Assembly: GCF_963921235.1 (NCBI RefSeq)
Contig: NC_086118.1
Location: 17,982,001 to 18,046,000 of the forward strand
Source of the DNA: Mobula hypostoma
Lineage: Eukaryota
Reading direction: 5' to 3'
DNA length: 64,000 bases
This document shows positions 24,263-37,164 of this stretch, in pieces. The translations under genes were made by a program, and so were the position numbers. Position 1 is the stretch's first letter. Each line of letters starts with the position of its first letter. The notes under the pieces are model-generated. The model did not search any database, was not told the origin of the DNA, and was given only the letters and a program-made list of their open reading frames with translations.

Positions 24263-27200
24263 GTGAGGTTCCTTACCTTCAAGCATTTATGTAACCGAGC
24301 ATTAACCACAATAGGTGCTGAGCAACATTTTTCGAGAGGGATTACATTGAATGCAATATTTTTGCCATAATATTGCAGGTATCCATTTCACACAATTCCT
24401 GCACTCATTGAGTTTTACTAGAGAGAAATATAGCTAATCAGTGTAGAGCTCTGTGAATGCAAAATAGAACATGATCAGAATTCTGCTAACTGATTAATAG
24501 TAAAATTGTATATGTGAGGGGGAAACTGAGGCCATTTACACAGTATTATGAATGAGATTTTAAGCAACATCAGTTTAAGACCTGAGGATACCTTAACATT
24601 TCAAATTACATTTTGTCAAATGTCGTAATGTTGAACAGTTGATGTGTGACAGCCATCTCACTGAATTTCTGAAGTATAACAGGTCTACAGTAACTTGTCC
24701 ACATTACTTTTGTGAATTAATGTTGTAGGCTCCATAAAATGTCTTTCTGACAACTAAGTCAAAAATAGGCAACTGATCAAAATATTAATAACATATTGTG
24801 TTGTTACCTTGAAGGTGTTTTCAGGATTGATACACTTTAAATTGATTCTATATGAGAACTTCTTGTGTGGACAATTTCATTACTATTCCTCTCAATGAGT
24901 AATTGCTACCAGTAAGCAAAATAAATGGAATAAGTATGTTGTGATGTTAAACATGGAAATTCTAATCAACACACAAATTAGAAACCAGAAGGAAATGTAG
25001 TTTCATGCTCTGAATCACAGAAATCATCAATATTGATTAAAATCAGAAATTGACTAGAAATTAGTAATCACTCATACTTTTCTGGGTATGTTTTTAAATG
25101 GTGTTATTCTAAGCATAATCTATCTAACTAGTTCTCACTTCATTAATATAATTACATTTGCAAGCAAGGGAACTAGAATTAAAATGAAATTACCAGTCAT
25201 GGGAGTTACATACACTATAATTTCTGAAATAAATATATGTGAGAAAAGTACCCAGTTCTTGTGGCTTTTATCTAATAAATATCTGAAAATCATTCATAGA
25301 ACAATGGTGCTATTAATGATACAAGGTTTGGTAGAAATGATTAAAACTAATTACAAAGGATAGGTTTTGTGGAGGCTGTAAGATGTTGAAGGGTTTAGGA
25401 AGGGAGAGCTCAGGCTCTTGGAGGAAGGGAGTGGAGGGAAGGAGAGATGGAATAAGTGGGGTTTGGTGCAGTCTTGCAGGTGACAGCAGATGGTACAGGC
25501 TAACATGTAGGTTTAGAGATGATTGGGTTTGGGCTTTGTACCCTGATGTATTTTAAGGAAGGTGTAGTTGAAAGCTCAGCAACATCGGAATGATTTATAG
25601 ACAACGTGGCCAGAGCTAGATACTAGAGGATATTTTCATGTTTTTTTTGGCTCATCTCATGGTCAAGAAGCGTGTTCAACTTATTATGATGTGGTTAAGT
25701 CTGAACAAGAAAACCTGAATGGTGATTAAAATGGTGACAAAAGAGTTAAGAATTTGGGGCAAAAATAAGTAATGCTCTATTGCAGTGTTCAATGAAGCTA
25801 ATAGTTTACTGTAGAGAACTGATTGTGGAATGATGTTTGGAGAGCTTTTTATTGCCAGCAGCTTAGAGACTGGACCCATGTCTTTGGGTAATATCTGCAG
25901 TAGAATGTAACAGAAGGTAAATAGGGCCAAGGAATGGAACAGAAAAGACAGCAGACACAACCTGAAAGGATGTACTTGTAACTTTATCTACAAGTACAAG
26001 GTCTAGTGAAGTAGCTCACCTAGGAACCCATCAGAATTTCTCCCAAGCCTGCAGCCTCTGCTGCTGAGGATAAGATGTGCTACCAGCTGGAAGTTCTCCA
26101 ATTCAATTACTATCCTGATGTGGAAATATGTTGCTGCGCATTCTTCATTATTGGATCAACACATCGATCTAGTAACCTTGCAGCACATAGGAAATGCCTT
26201 CACTATATGGGTTGTGTTAGTTCCAGGTGATGGTGTACATAAAAGTATAAAGTAATTTGTGATGGACAATATATGCTTCTTTGCAGTGACTCTACTTCCA
26301 ATGAAGGAATGTTTGTTAAAAAGTGAAAAATGCACTTTATGGCAAGTCCATTTTCAAAGTAAAGTTGAAAATTGTTCTTGAATATGGTGCTCCTGGGACT
26401 GGTTATATGCATAATGCTGCTTCAAAAAGATGCCCTGATTGGAATACAGAATGAAAAATTTGAAATCATTTATTTTAAGCTGTGCCAGTTTCTTCAAAAT
26501 AGTCAGCTCACTTTTATAACTAACACTTGATTTTGTCCACCATCAAGATCTCTGAACAATGGACTTAATGGGGAACTTGTTACATCACAAGAGTTGGTTG
26601 ATGATCAGCACATTTTCAATTGATGCTGATCTAAAGCTCCGACTCACCTTTGCTTTCTTAAAGGTTGTGTGCTATTTCATCATGTACATGGAAGAATCTA
26701 AGCTCCACATCTGGAAGTCTTCAGAGAGCATGGTTGAACACCATCTCCAGACACTTTCAGCATTAATTTCCTCAAGTAACTTCCCTTCTGTCCCGAGTCT
26801 CTTGCTCTTATCAGCAAAAAAGTAAACTTATATAAATTTTACAAAGACAGCTCAGGGACTGCAGATTAATTTTGATTCACCCCTGTCACTCTGATATGGT
26901 GGTAATGTTTCTTGGTAATATCGTGATAGTCTCCAAGGCAAGTGCAGTTTTGGAGACTATCTTTATTTTTTTTCTCTCTCTCAGGCACAGACTTAAAGTC
27001 TTTGTTTCCTGGAACTTTTGAGCATTCCAGGCTCCCAGTCATTATTGCAAGTGAATGTCATAAGCTGACTCCCTTGAGCAAGCAAGTCTAAAATACTTGG
27101 TACTTGCACACCACATGTAGCACTTTGAAATAATTGACAGTCACAACCATATTCAATGGTGTCAGAAAATCAGCAGTGAACCTGAGCAGTTACTATTTCA

Positions 27201-28695
27201 GTTCAAATTGGACAACTTCTTCCACGTGGTTGATTTTGATACTTGTACCTTTGTTTCTTTGTGGATGAACTTAGACACATTTCAGCATTTCTCCCTTTTC
27301 TCAATTACTTCCATTGCCATGATGTTATGTGCAGCATAGTACATCTTCATTCAATGCCTGTGTACTCCACAGTTGCACAAATACACACTGAGAGTTATTA
27401 GTGTTAACCGTTTTGACTGAGAAACGGTGTTGTTGGTAATTCTGCACAGCAAGGTTTCTGTCATGACCTCTTTGCTGTGCCTCAGACATTTGAATTCATG
27501 AACATCCAATGAGTGCATCTGTATGCTTCCTTGAACCCATAAACTACTCATATGGCTTTGATAGTCTGACTTCAAAAATGGGTTCTGCTGATGAAGTCCA
27601 CACTGGAACATTAAGGTGAGAGCAGTAAGACAGCAGCATGTTCAATTACAGCAGCCTCCATGAGGTCAACCAACGGTGTCCTTTTTAGATGTACTTTTAA
27701 TGATCACAAGACCCTGGTAGACATTAAGATCTTGACAGTACTGCAGGTCTCCCTCATCAGCGAGTTGCTCATTGGCAGAGAAACTGAAGGAGTCAGACTT
27801 GGTGGGGATTGTGTGGCTGCCTGTGTCAGAGGGGTAGTGTCGCCTGTTTATAGCCACCCGGGAGAGAGGTGTCAGACCCAGTGCGCTTCACTGGAGGTGG
27901 TGTGGCATGGCGACCAAGCTGGAATTGGTGCAGCCTCTCCAGTGTTCACTTGCAGAAGACAAGCTGTATTGTGTTCAGCTGCAGATTTCTGCAACATTCA
28001 TGGAGTCGGGGTCTTGAACCGTATTTTTTATGTGACTGCATTTTACTGATATCTTATATGTGCTTGCTGTCTTATACATGCTATGTGTGCTTTGTGCTGT
28101 GTGTGACTGTTGGTACTGTATTTTGTAGTTTAACCCCGGAGTAATACTGTTTTGTTTGGTTATGATCATTAGTATTCATGTATGGTTGAATGACAACTAA
28201 ACTTGATCTATGAACCATTGAGTGTATATTTGGTCATTTCTGGGCAAATATCACAGAAGATGTAATATGATAGATTGTCATTTAAATAAACTGCTTAGTT
28301 GCCAGTTTAAATTAGACAATGGTGAGGCTTTTGTGGTTTGGATGCATGAGGAGATGTCTAGTGCTGATAGTAGACAGGGAGTTTTGACATTTCAATATAA
28401 ATATGGAGCTTTCAAGGTTCCGGAAATGACAGTTGAAGAAGATAGTTGTTGACCAGAGAATGGGAGCCCACCTCTTTTACATCACTCTCTGTCAGGTCTG
28501 AAATATCTAAATCCTGGAATGTTAAAGTTAGTTACCAGTCTTGTCCTTCTCTCAATCAAGTTTTTGTAATAGCTACAACATGATAGCTCCAACATGATAG
28601 CTCCATATAGTAATCCACGCTCTGTCCATCTTCCTCACTGTAATGCTCCACTCATTTAACTAAATATACTTGGGATCATCAGCCCTACTATGTTT

Positions 28696-30403
28696 GTTAA
28701 TTCGGTCTTGGGCATCCTACAGGAATAGAGGAGAGAGCTGGAAAAAAGCCTGGGCAGAACAGCACATGGGAGATGTGGAAAGACATGAAGAACATCACTA
28801 TCTTCAATCAGCCTAGCTGTAGAGACTCAGAATGCAGCCATGAGTGGGCTAATGAGTTAAACCAGTTCTTCAATAGCTTTGATAATTGCCCTCCTGTTCA
28901 CAACCCCCATCAGCACACCAATCCAGGTGCCGAGGTACCCCATGCTTCCTCAGTACCAATTCCCTCCTTCCTCCGCCTCCCCCCCCAGTTCAACACATTG
29001 ATGAACGACATAGGTTTCCACTGTCTACATCCCATCCTTGCCTTGCACCTACCTTGCACACCTCATATCCCAACTATCTTCACCTCCCCCAGACCCCACC
29101 TTCCACCAACTCCCGAGTCATCGTGGACTCACCTTCACTACTGAGCAGGTGAGGAGGGCTCTGGGAAAACTCAGACATGGCAAAGCATTGGGACTGGATG
29201 GTGTGAACCCCCAGGTCCGGAAGCAGTGTGCTGAGCAGCTGTGTGGAGTTCTTCAGCGCATTTTCAAACTGAGTCTCAGCCTGGAAAGGGCCCCAACTGT
29301 CAAAAACATCATGAGTGGTCCCAGTACCCAAGAAGAGCCTACTGGAAGTCTTGAATGACTACTGTCCAGTGGCCCTGACTTCGCACATCATGAAGACTCT
29401 AGTGAAGCTGGTCTTGCCTCACCTCCGACCCCTGGTCAGATCAAGTTTGTGTGGCTTCAGAGCTGCATGTCAGACATGGCTATAAGCAGCACTGGGGCCC
29501 CACGGTGGACTGTATTACCTTGTATACCTTGGACTTTAGATACAACACTTAAGTCATGTCATCTGCAGAACTTCTCTGACTCAGCAATAGTTGGGTGTAT
29601 AAAGGGAGGACAGGAGGATGAATACAGGGCCCTGATGGAAGACTTTGTCAAATGGTGCAAGCTAAATCATCTACAGCTCAACATCAGTAAGTCAAACAAG
29701 ATGGTGATGGACTTTAGGAAGACTAAGCCTGCACTGCTCCCTGTTACTATTGATGGTGAGGATGTGGATCTGGTGAGAACCTACAAGTACCTGGGGGTGC
29801 ACCTGGATGACAGACTTGAGTGGAGCACCAACACAGAGGCTGTGTACAAGAAGAGCCAGAGTTGCCTCCACTTCCTGAGGATACTGAGGTCCTTTTGGAG
29901 TACGCAGGACTCTCCTTCACATGTCCTACCAGTATGTTGTCACCAGTACAATCTTCCATACAGTGGCATGCTGGGGCAATGGCATCAACACAGGTGATGC
30001 CAACAGGCTTAATAAACTGATTAGAAAGGCTGGCTCTGTGATAGGAGTCAAACTGGACACACTGGAGGTTGTGGTAGAACAAAGGATCCTATGGAAAATC
30101 CTGGCAATTCTGGACAATGTTTCTCACCTTGGCTGAACAAAGGAGCACTTTTAGTAATATACTTAAGACAACTGTGCTGCTCCATAGAGTGCTATATTCA
30201 GTCATTCTTGCCCTTGGCCTTTAGGCTCTATGAGTCAACCTATAGCTGGGGGAGTGACGAACTCCTCCTGTTAGACTGCTTGAGGTAACTTATGTTTTAT
30301 TGTTTCCTACTTCTAATATTTGTATATCGGTGCACTGCAATGCTACTGTGACACTATAATTTCCTTTGGGATCAATAAAGTATCTACTGTATCTATCTAT
30401 CTA
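28696..30403 (+). mobile_element. Rex1/Babar LINE, 5'-truncated and internally deleted, inserted in a minus-strand CR1 remnant (~28500-30600)
   Basis: 9-bp TSD ACTATGTTT (28687-28695, 30404-30412); KA.G.DGV.P, LQLN.SK..KMV.DFR, YKYLGVHLD motifs; AATAAAG(TATC)n tail. Confidence 0.85.
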
Positions 30404-32275
30404 ACTATGTTTCCTTTCAGATTTACATAGCCAGATCTACTTTCTCCTCACTCCCACCATTTGCTCTGGTTTCTGTTCCCCCTGCCACACTAGTTTAAAT
30501 CCTGGTGAGTAACACTAGTAGATCTCCCTGCAGGGATACTGGAGCTCCTCTGGTTGAGGTGGAAGCTGGCCTTCCTGTGTATGTCTTACCTCTCCTGGAA
30601 TAGATGCTGTCAGTTCCCTCAAATCAAATTTGTTGCATGGTCCTCCATGCTGAAATGTTAACTGCAACTTTAAGGCCCTCATAAATGAGACCGGTGAGAG
30701 CCTTTGCCTCAAAAGAATAATGACCATGAATAATTTTTTATTCATGTGCAGCAAAAAACTGATTCTTCTCCTTTCCAAGAGGTCACAGTTGCAGAATGTA
30801 TGATTCAAACCATTCCTTAGTACAGCTGCAAGCACTTTGATGAGATTGATATTGAATAAGAGTCATATTGCTGAAGGTTCTGAATTGCATTGACTTAATC
30901 AAGGTCTGACTAGAATTCTCAAGTACTCTTTCGATACTGACAGAATTCATATTAATAAACCAATAAGCGTTGACGATTATTAAAATTCTATAATCACTGG
31001 TTGGTCAGCACAAAAATTACTGGGATAATTTCATTAAATTTCAAAAGATAAGCATTTTTTGGAAATAGTTTGTAAATGCACTACAGTGAATGTTAGTAAC
31101 CTGCCAAGGAACTGAAACGTGCAATTTAGGCTAAGTTCAATTACCATCATAACTCTTTATTGCTGAGTTACAAATGAATGATGAATAAATTAGGTTTCAT
31201 TTTGCGCACAAATGTTATGATATTATCCTGTTTTTAATTCGTATAATGTTTCATGTTGTGAGTAAAGCATCCAGAACAGAGATCCAGTATATGTTAAGCC
31301 CAGATTAGCAGTAAGGTAACAGCACATATTCATTGAGTAAAAGAACATTAATACTGAAAAAGCTCAACATGGATGAAACTTTGTTCTGTGAAGTAATGTC
31401 TATCTCCCACCACTGGTGAAAAACTGAAACTTTGTTTGATTAATAATCTGTGCAATTAATTTGCAAAATGAGGAGAATGAACATTATTATTACACACAAA
31501 GAAACCTCTGTTTCACAGGAAGGTTGGAACTGATTAGTCTCTGTTGCTCAGTGCATTTGTATGTTTATAACTATACTAATGCTCCCCTACTCTGTACTCA
31601 AGAGTGCTTGTTTGTACATGCAGAGCTCTTGACTTTTAAGTTTAGTTTTTTTGGTACTAAATACTGATGGAGATCGATAAAAAAAGAGAAACTATCCACC
31701 CCCCCCCCACTACCCATATCACCCCTCTTACTATGACCAGACCATTAAGGTTAATTAATGCAAACTTAATTACACAGATTATTAAGCAAACAATTTTTAA
31801 AAAAACTTTGCTATCAAAAAGTTCTATGACAATATATACATTTTACAATGATAATTAAATGTTTTTGCTCAACATTTTAATATTTTTAAATATCTAATAT
31901 GCAATCTGTATAGATATGCATTAATTTACCAGTTGACTATGAAGTACTTTAGGAAGCCCTAAATTTTAGAAAGTGCAGCCTCATTCCTTTCTTAAACCCC
32001 AGAAATATCCTACGTATTGGGTAACTATCTTTTTGTATTACATCTGAATTAATAGTCGGAAGATGAGTTTAAGAAGATGCTCAGTGTTTGAATTACACAG
32101 CTGCTGTTGTTGATAATTTTTGATCAATAATTGACCAACTTTTCATATCTTATGATTTCTATCTTGTTGATTTGCTGTGTTCCCGCTTCTTTTGCATTGT
32201 CTGAATATGACTTTGTCATGGTCACTGGTAAAAATATTTTTGAAATGTACTCTTTGTTGTTAATGTTCTTCATAG

Positions 32276-32464
32276 GTTGGTGGTCTGGCTTCAGAAAATG
32301 TGCGTTGGGCAGAAGCTGTGTGTAACTTCAAGCAACAGGAGAGCATGCTCTGTGGGGATGTGCTCCTCATCACTGCTTTCGTCTCCTACCTTGGCTATTT
32401 TACCAAGAAGTATAGACAAGATTTAATGGAAGGAATGTGGAAACCATATCTTGAGCAGCTCAAA
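32276..32464 (+). CDS. DNAH9: DNAH9-like exon (VGGLASENVRWAEAV...GDVLLITAFVSYLGYFTKKYR...LEQLK)
   Basis: Acceptor ttcttcatag|, donor |gtaagg; 189 nt; conserved dynein GGL.SE..RW and GD.LL..AF.SY.G.F motifs. Confidence 0.93.
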
Positions 32465-33249
32465 GTAAGGACCAAATCATGCAAAATTTGGATATTCCTG
32501 TGTAGCAATAAATTGACCAGTATTACAGCTTCCTAAGCAATATTTAAGATGGAAATTCACTTGTTACCTTGCCATGTGAATATGAATTATGTAAGTTAAA
32601 GAGTAAACATTTATTTTTAATCACTTTCCTTTTCAATATTTTTATTGATATTATATAAATTGCATGAATACAAATACAAGATTCATAAGGATACGAGTAA
32701 ATAATACAAATTACATTACATTTAAATCACAGTAATATGATCACAGTATCCCATATTCCAAATCAATCACGTAGAAAAAAAATTGAATTATGATCACCCT
32801 TTATATTTACTCCATATATCAAGCAGGCTTAGCAGTCTTGAAAGAACATGTGGTGCACTCAATAGTTATCTATCCAGCATGTTTTTGACTGATTGAAATC
32901 TAAGAACAAATCAAACAGTTAGAAATTTAATTTCACCTCCCCACGTTTTTCTTAGTAATGAGATGTTAAATTCTGACAAATATCTTTAATTTCTATATTC
33001 CTTATTACCAGCATGGTTCACACTGGAAACTGCATCCATTATCCCAGTCAGAGAGTCACAAGTTCTTGGAATCTAAATAAAATACTGGTAGATAATGGAA
33101 TTAAGATTGAGACAGGGCAATTACAAAGACTACGGTTTTCAGTTGGATTTGAGCATTCCTTTGCAAGTCTTTAATGTCTTTTCATTTTGATGCTTCAGGA
33201 ACAACAGTAATAATTCTCCCTTGGTTAAGTCTGGAACTCCCATCCTGAG

Positions 33250-33700
33250 TTGTAGTTGGTTTATTATTGTCACATGTACTGACTTACAGTGAAGAGGTGT
33301 GTTTTGCATGCCATCCATGCAGATCAATTCATCACATCCATGCCCAAACATAGGACAAAGGATAAGAAATAATAGAATGCAGGACACACTGTTGCAGTTA
33401 TAACGAGTTAATTGTACAAGAGATCCATTCAATAATCTTATAACAGCACAGCACAAACTGTCCTGGAGCCTGGTAGTATGAACCTTCAGCCTTTTCTGTC
33501 TTCTGCACAATGAACAGAGAATGTCTGTGGTGGAAGGAGTCTTCAATTCTTTTGGCTGCTTTAACTAAACTGTGAGAACTGTAATCAGAGTCCATGATGG
33601 GGAGGCTGATTATTGTGATGTGCTAAGCTGTGTGTATAACTCTTCAGTTTCTTGCAGTTTCATGCAAAGCAGTTGGCATACCAAACCATTATGCTTTGGA
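33250..33700 (-). mobile_element. Rex1/Babar-like LINE 3' fragment
   Basis: Minus ORF contains TTRLQDS....VIRLLN; boundaries approximate. Confidence 0.55.
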
Positions 33701-36700
33701 TCTGTTGTTTTGCTAATGGAGCAAGAGAATAAATAATGGAAAATGTAGAAATGATTTGTGAAGAATGGCATTGGAATATTTCAAGTACTGGCAGAAATGT
33801 GCATTTATCTTCTGCACATAACTGGTAACAATGTTTGGCAAGTGATCAGTTCTTCATAGGACTAAAATGCCAGCATGACTATTTGTTTGTCCCAGGAGAT
33901 GACTATCCATAATTAGTTAACTGTTTCATCATTCCAAGTCTTGGATATACTTCCATGTTGATATTAGTATCCAGACACCTAAAATAGCTCTATGGCTGCT
34001 TTGAAGTTATCAATTTTGCTGAATTCTGGATACATCTTGTGGAATTGGTTTTCACCAATTTAAACTTCTGTTGAAACACAATTCTGTAATTGCTCCACCA
34101 ACAGCAGGTGTATGGAAGCTTTCATTAAGTTAGTCTCTGGGAAATGGTGCTATCTATAGTCTTATCTACTATACCATATTGTGCAATCCTATAGCGGAAC
34201 AGAACTTTACTAAAAGTTTGTTTCAATTTTTTATGTTACATTGGAATTTAAGCCATTGACATTTATGTAGTATGTGTAATCTGTACTACAGGTATTAAGA
34301 AATTATTTATAAAGCCAGTTACATTGCTATGCAACAATAATTCTCCGTAAGTCCAATTGCATGTCACGATCAAGAGCAAAAGCCATTTATTGTATGTTAT
34401 CTGCGGTTCTCTTGTTATCAATCTCTTACCAAACCACATCATTCAGTTAAATGGAAATGAAGATAGAAATGCTTTATAGACTGTGCAATGCCTTTTTAAT
34501 AATTCAAAAATCTCATTTATTCTGCTCAAGCCCTGTCATCTATTTGTTTCACTGGAGTATGTATTCTGTATTAACGCCTCTTTTTGTCTGGCACATTACT
34601 TTAAATGGCTGTTGTGTTTTATTATTCATAACAGCAGAAGAATGCATCAGCAAGAAAACAAACTTGTACTGATAGATAACCAGATGACAACTAAACCAAC
34701 CAGTTAGATGACGTCATAAATCTTAATCCTGTCACACATGTTATAAATAAAGGTAGAAAGGACAGGATTTAGCAGATGAGCAGAGATAAATAGATTTAGT
34801 TCAAATGAAAGATCGATGATCTGAAGCATTAACTTGGCTTCCCTTACTGCAGTGTTACATAATTGAAAATATTATAACTCTATGGAAATGGCCATACAAG
34901 CATCACTGTAAGCAATAGTGTGATATCACTAAGTTGTATCTCTGTGATACCATTAAGTAGAATGTAATGGGCACTATTTCACAGTGCTCCTGGGTTATTC
35001 TAGGAACTTGACCAGGCACCAGCATGGTCTGTGTATCTGGCATGCATCAAGTTGTATCATTCCTTCTGCAGAACTATTTCAGGAGCTTTCTATAGGAAAT
35101 TAAATTGTCCTGAGAACAAATATCACTGGACACTTTAGGTCAATTAAGCTTTTTTGTGAAGAACCAGACAAGGACGCCACTCAAGCAAGCCCCATACTTA
35201 CCCATTACCCACAGGGTAGCTCACTTTCCTCAACAACAACAGTGTCTCTAACTCTGTCTCTGACCAGTCAGACACAGCCATCAATTTCCTTCCCATGAGA
35301 GCCAGAGTTTCTGCTCTAATCATCTATCCAATGTAACCTCAGGTCTTGTATAGGCTTATGACCACTCCTCCCTTGACCCCCAGTGGGCACTCACCAAGTT
35401 CAACTTCAGTCCATTTTCATTTCCACTGGTGAAAAAGTGCAAAGCCCATTATATACCAGCTGAGGCCATGATTCTCAGGCATGACTGAGATTTTTATTGG
35501 CAGGCCCACAACCTATAGCTGTGCTATTGCAACTACTTACCACACTTTCCAATACACAAGGGCATACCAAAAACACTAGACATTCAAGTTTTTATGTTAC
35601 ACTATCAGCATACAGAATGCTTTGTTTCAATATGCATGTTATAAACATGGCTCTTTTATATAATACTTCATATATTTTTTTAATATCTCTGTGGCAGAAA
35701 TCTTGTTGATATATTGTCAATTTAACTTTTATTAATTTGACTTTGCAACTCTACACCTACTTGGTATAAATATATGAAAATGATGGGCTGAAAAGATCAC
35801 TTGGTCGATTCTGTTTTTTCAGTACCTGAAGCACCTTAACCTGTTGCTGTTAGCCCAGCACCCTCTTGTCATTTGAAGTTTCAAAAAAAAATAGGATGGT
35901 ACCTGCTCTTAATGCAGAAAGCTGGCATGTAAATCATCTTACTGCATTGTTTGGGAGACACAGGCCTGGAGGAAGATTATGTCAGTTGCAGAAATGGGCA
36001 ATAACACGATTTGCATTGCATATTCCATTTTCATTATTGATATGTTGAAGGAATATTGAATTGAAATGTTTAATTCATTAATAGTATACCAGAAAGAGTA
36101 GGAAAAAAGGTTAACCCTCAACAACCGGTAGTTTTGAAGACAAAATGTTCAACATCTCAGCTGGCAGACTGATTGGGTATCTGAATGTTTTGGTGTGGCT
36201 GTGCACTTTGGATATTAACTCCATTCAAACCAAACCATGATTGATGCTAAGCTCAAGAAACTTAAGACATAGAAATGAAGGTAAATCCAGGAGATTGGTA
36301 CCCTTTCATCAGTGTTTGCAAACTTAGAATGGCTGGACTGCTTTCTATCCCCCCCTTGTACCTCAACCCTTTATTTTTTGCCATCAGAATCAAGGAATTC
36401 GTGCATTAAGCTGGTCCTATGTTACTCAAAGGTGGACTCTGATCCCTGTCATCAACCTATAGTCTTTTCCAGTCCTTATAATCTACCACACTGTCTGGGA
36501 ACCATTCCAAAATGTTAATTATGCCCTTCCAATGAATTCAGCAGTACTTGCCCCCCCACCACCACCCTTAAAGCCTGAACTCTGTACAATTTCACGTAAA
36601 TCCCGAGAAGGTGTTTACAAATTATTTAATGTATGATATAGGCCCTAGTTAGCCAAGATGCAAATGTCATAAATAAATGTAGATAGGAAGTATTGTATTG

Positions 36701-37150
36701 CCAAGGAACATTAAGTTCTACCATTCTGCTTCATAGTCACAATATGCCTTAATGGTAAATAAATGGTTAAATTGTTCTGAATCACATTTATCAGTTTACT
36801 CTCATGAGGCTGAATTGGGTGCTTTGTTAAAGTTGGAATAGCTCAGTGAATAATACCCTGACACGTCTCTGTTTTGGTTAGGTGGAAAGAAGATGTATAG
36901 TTAGATCAGTGTTGTGGAATTTGTGTGTGATTGCCAGGTGTTTTTATAATTCTAGTTACAGTGAGGTTGCTGAAGTACAAATTAGCCAGCACAGATGCTG
37001 ACTGTTAGAACAGAACTGAATCTACAAGACCTCTTTTTATCAGAACATCAATAACCGAACTTTAGGTTGAATTTGCAGCTGATGCTGTTGTACTCTAGAG
37101 GAGCCCATTAATTGACAAGTTTCTGTTGATAGTGCATTGGCTGTTGTTGA

Positions 37151-37164
37151 GTTGCCATAGATAC
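37151..37164. promoter_or_regulatory. RFX X-box-like motif GTTGCCATAGATAC
   Basis: Perfect GTTGCC half-site, AT spacer and degenerate half-site; in unique intronic DNA. Confidence 0.35.

Noticed and set aside
35155..35544. Possible solo LTR (TGTG...CACA)
   Set aside because: Flanks (CTTTTT vs CTTTCC) give no clean TSD; cannot be supported without other copies
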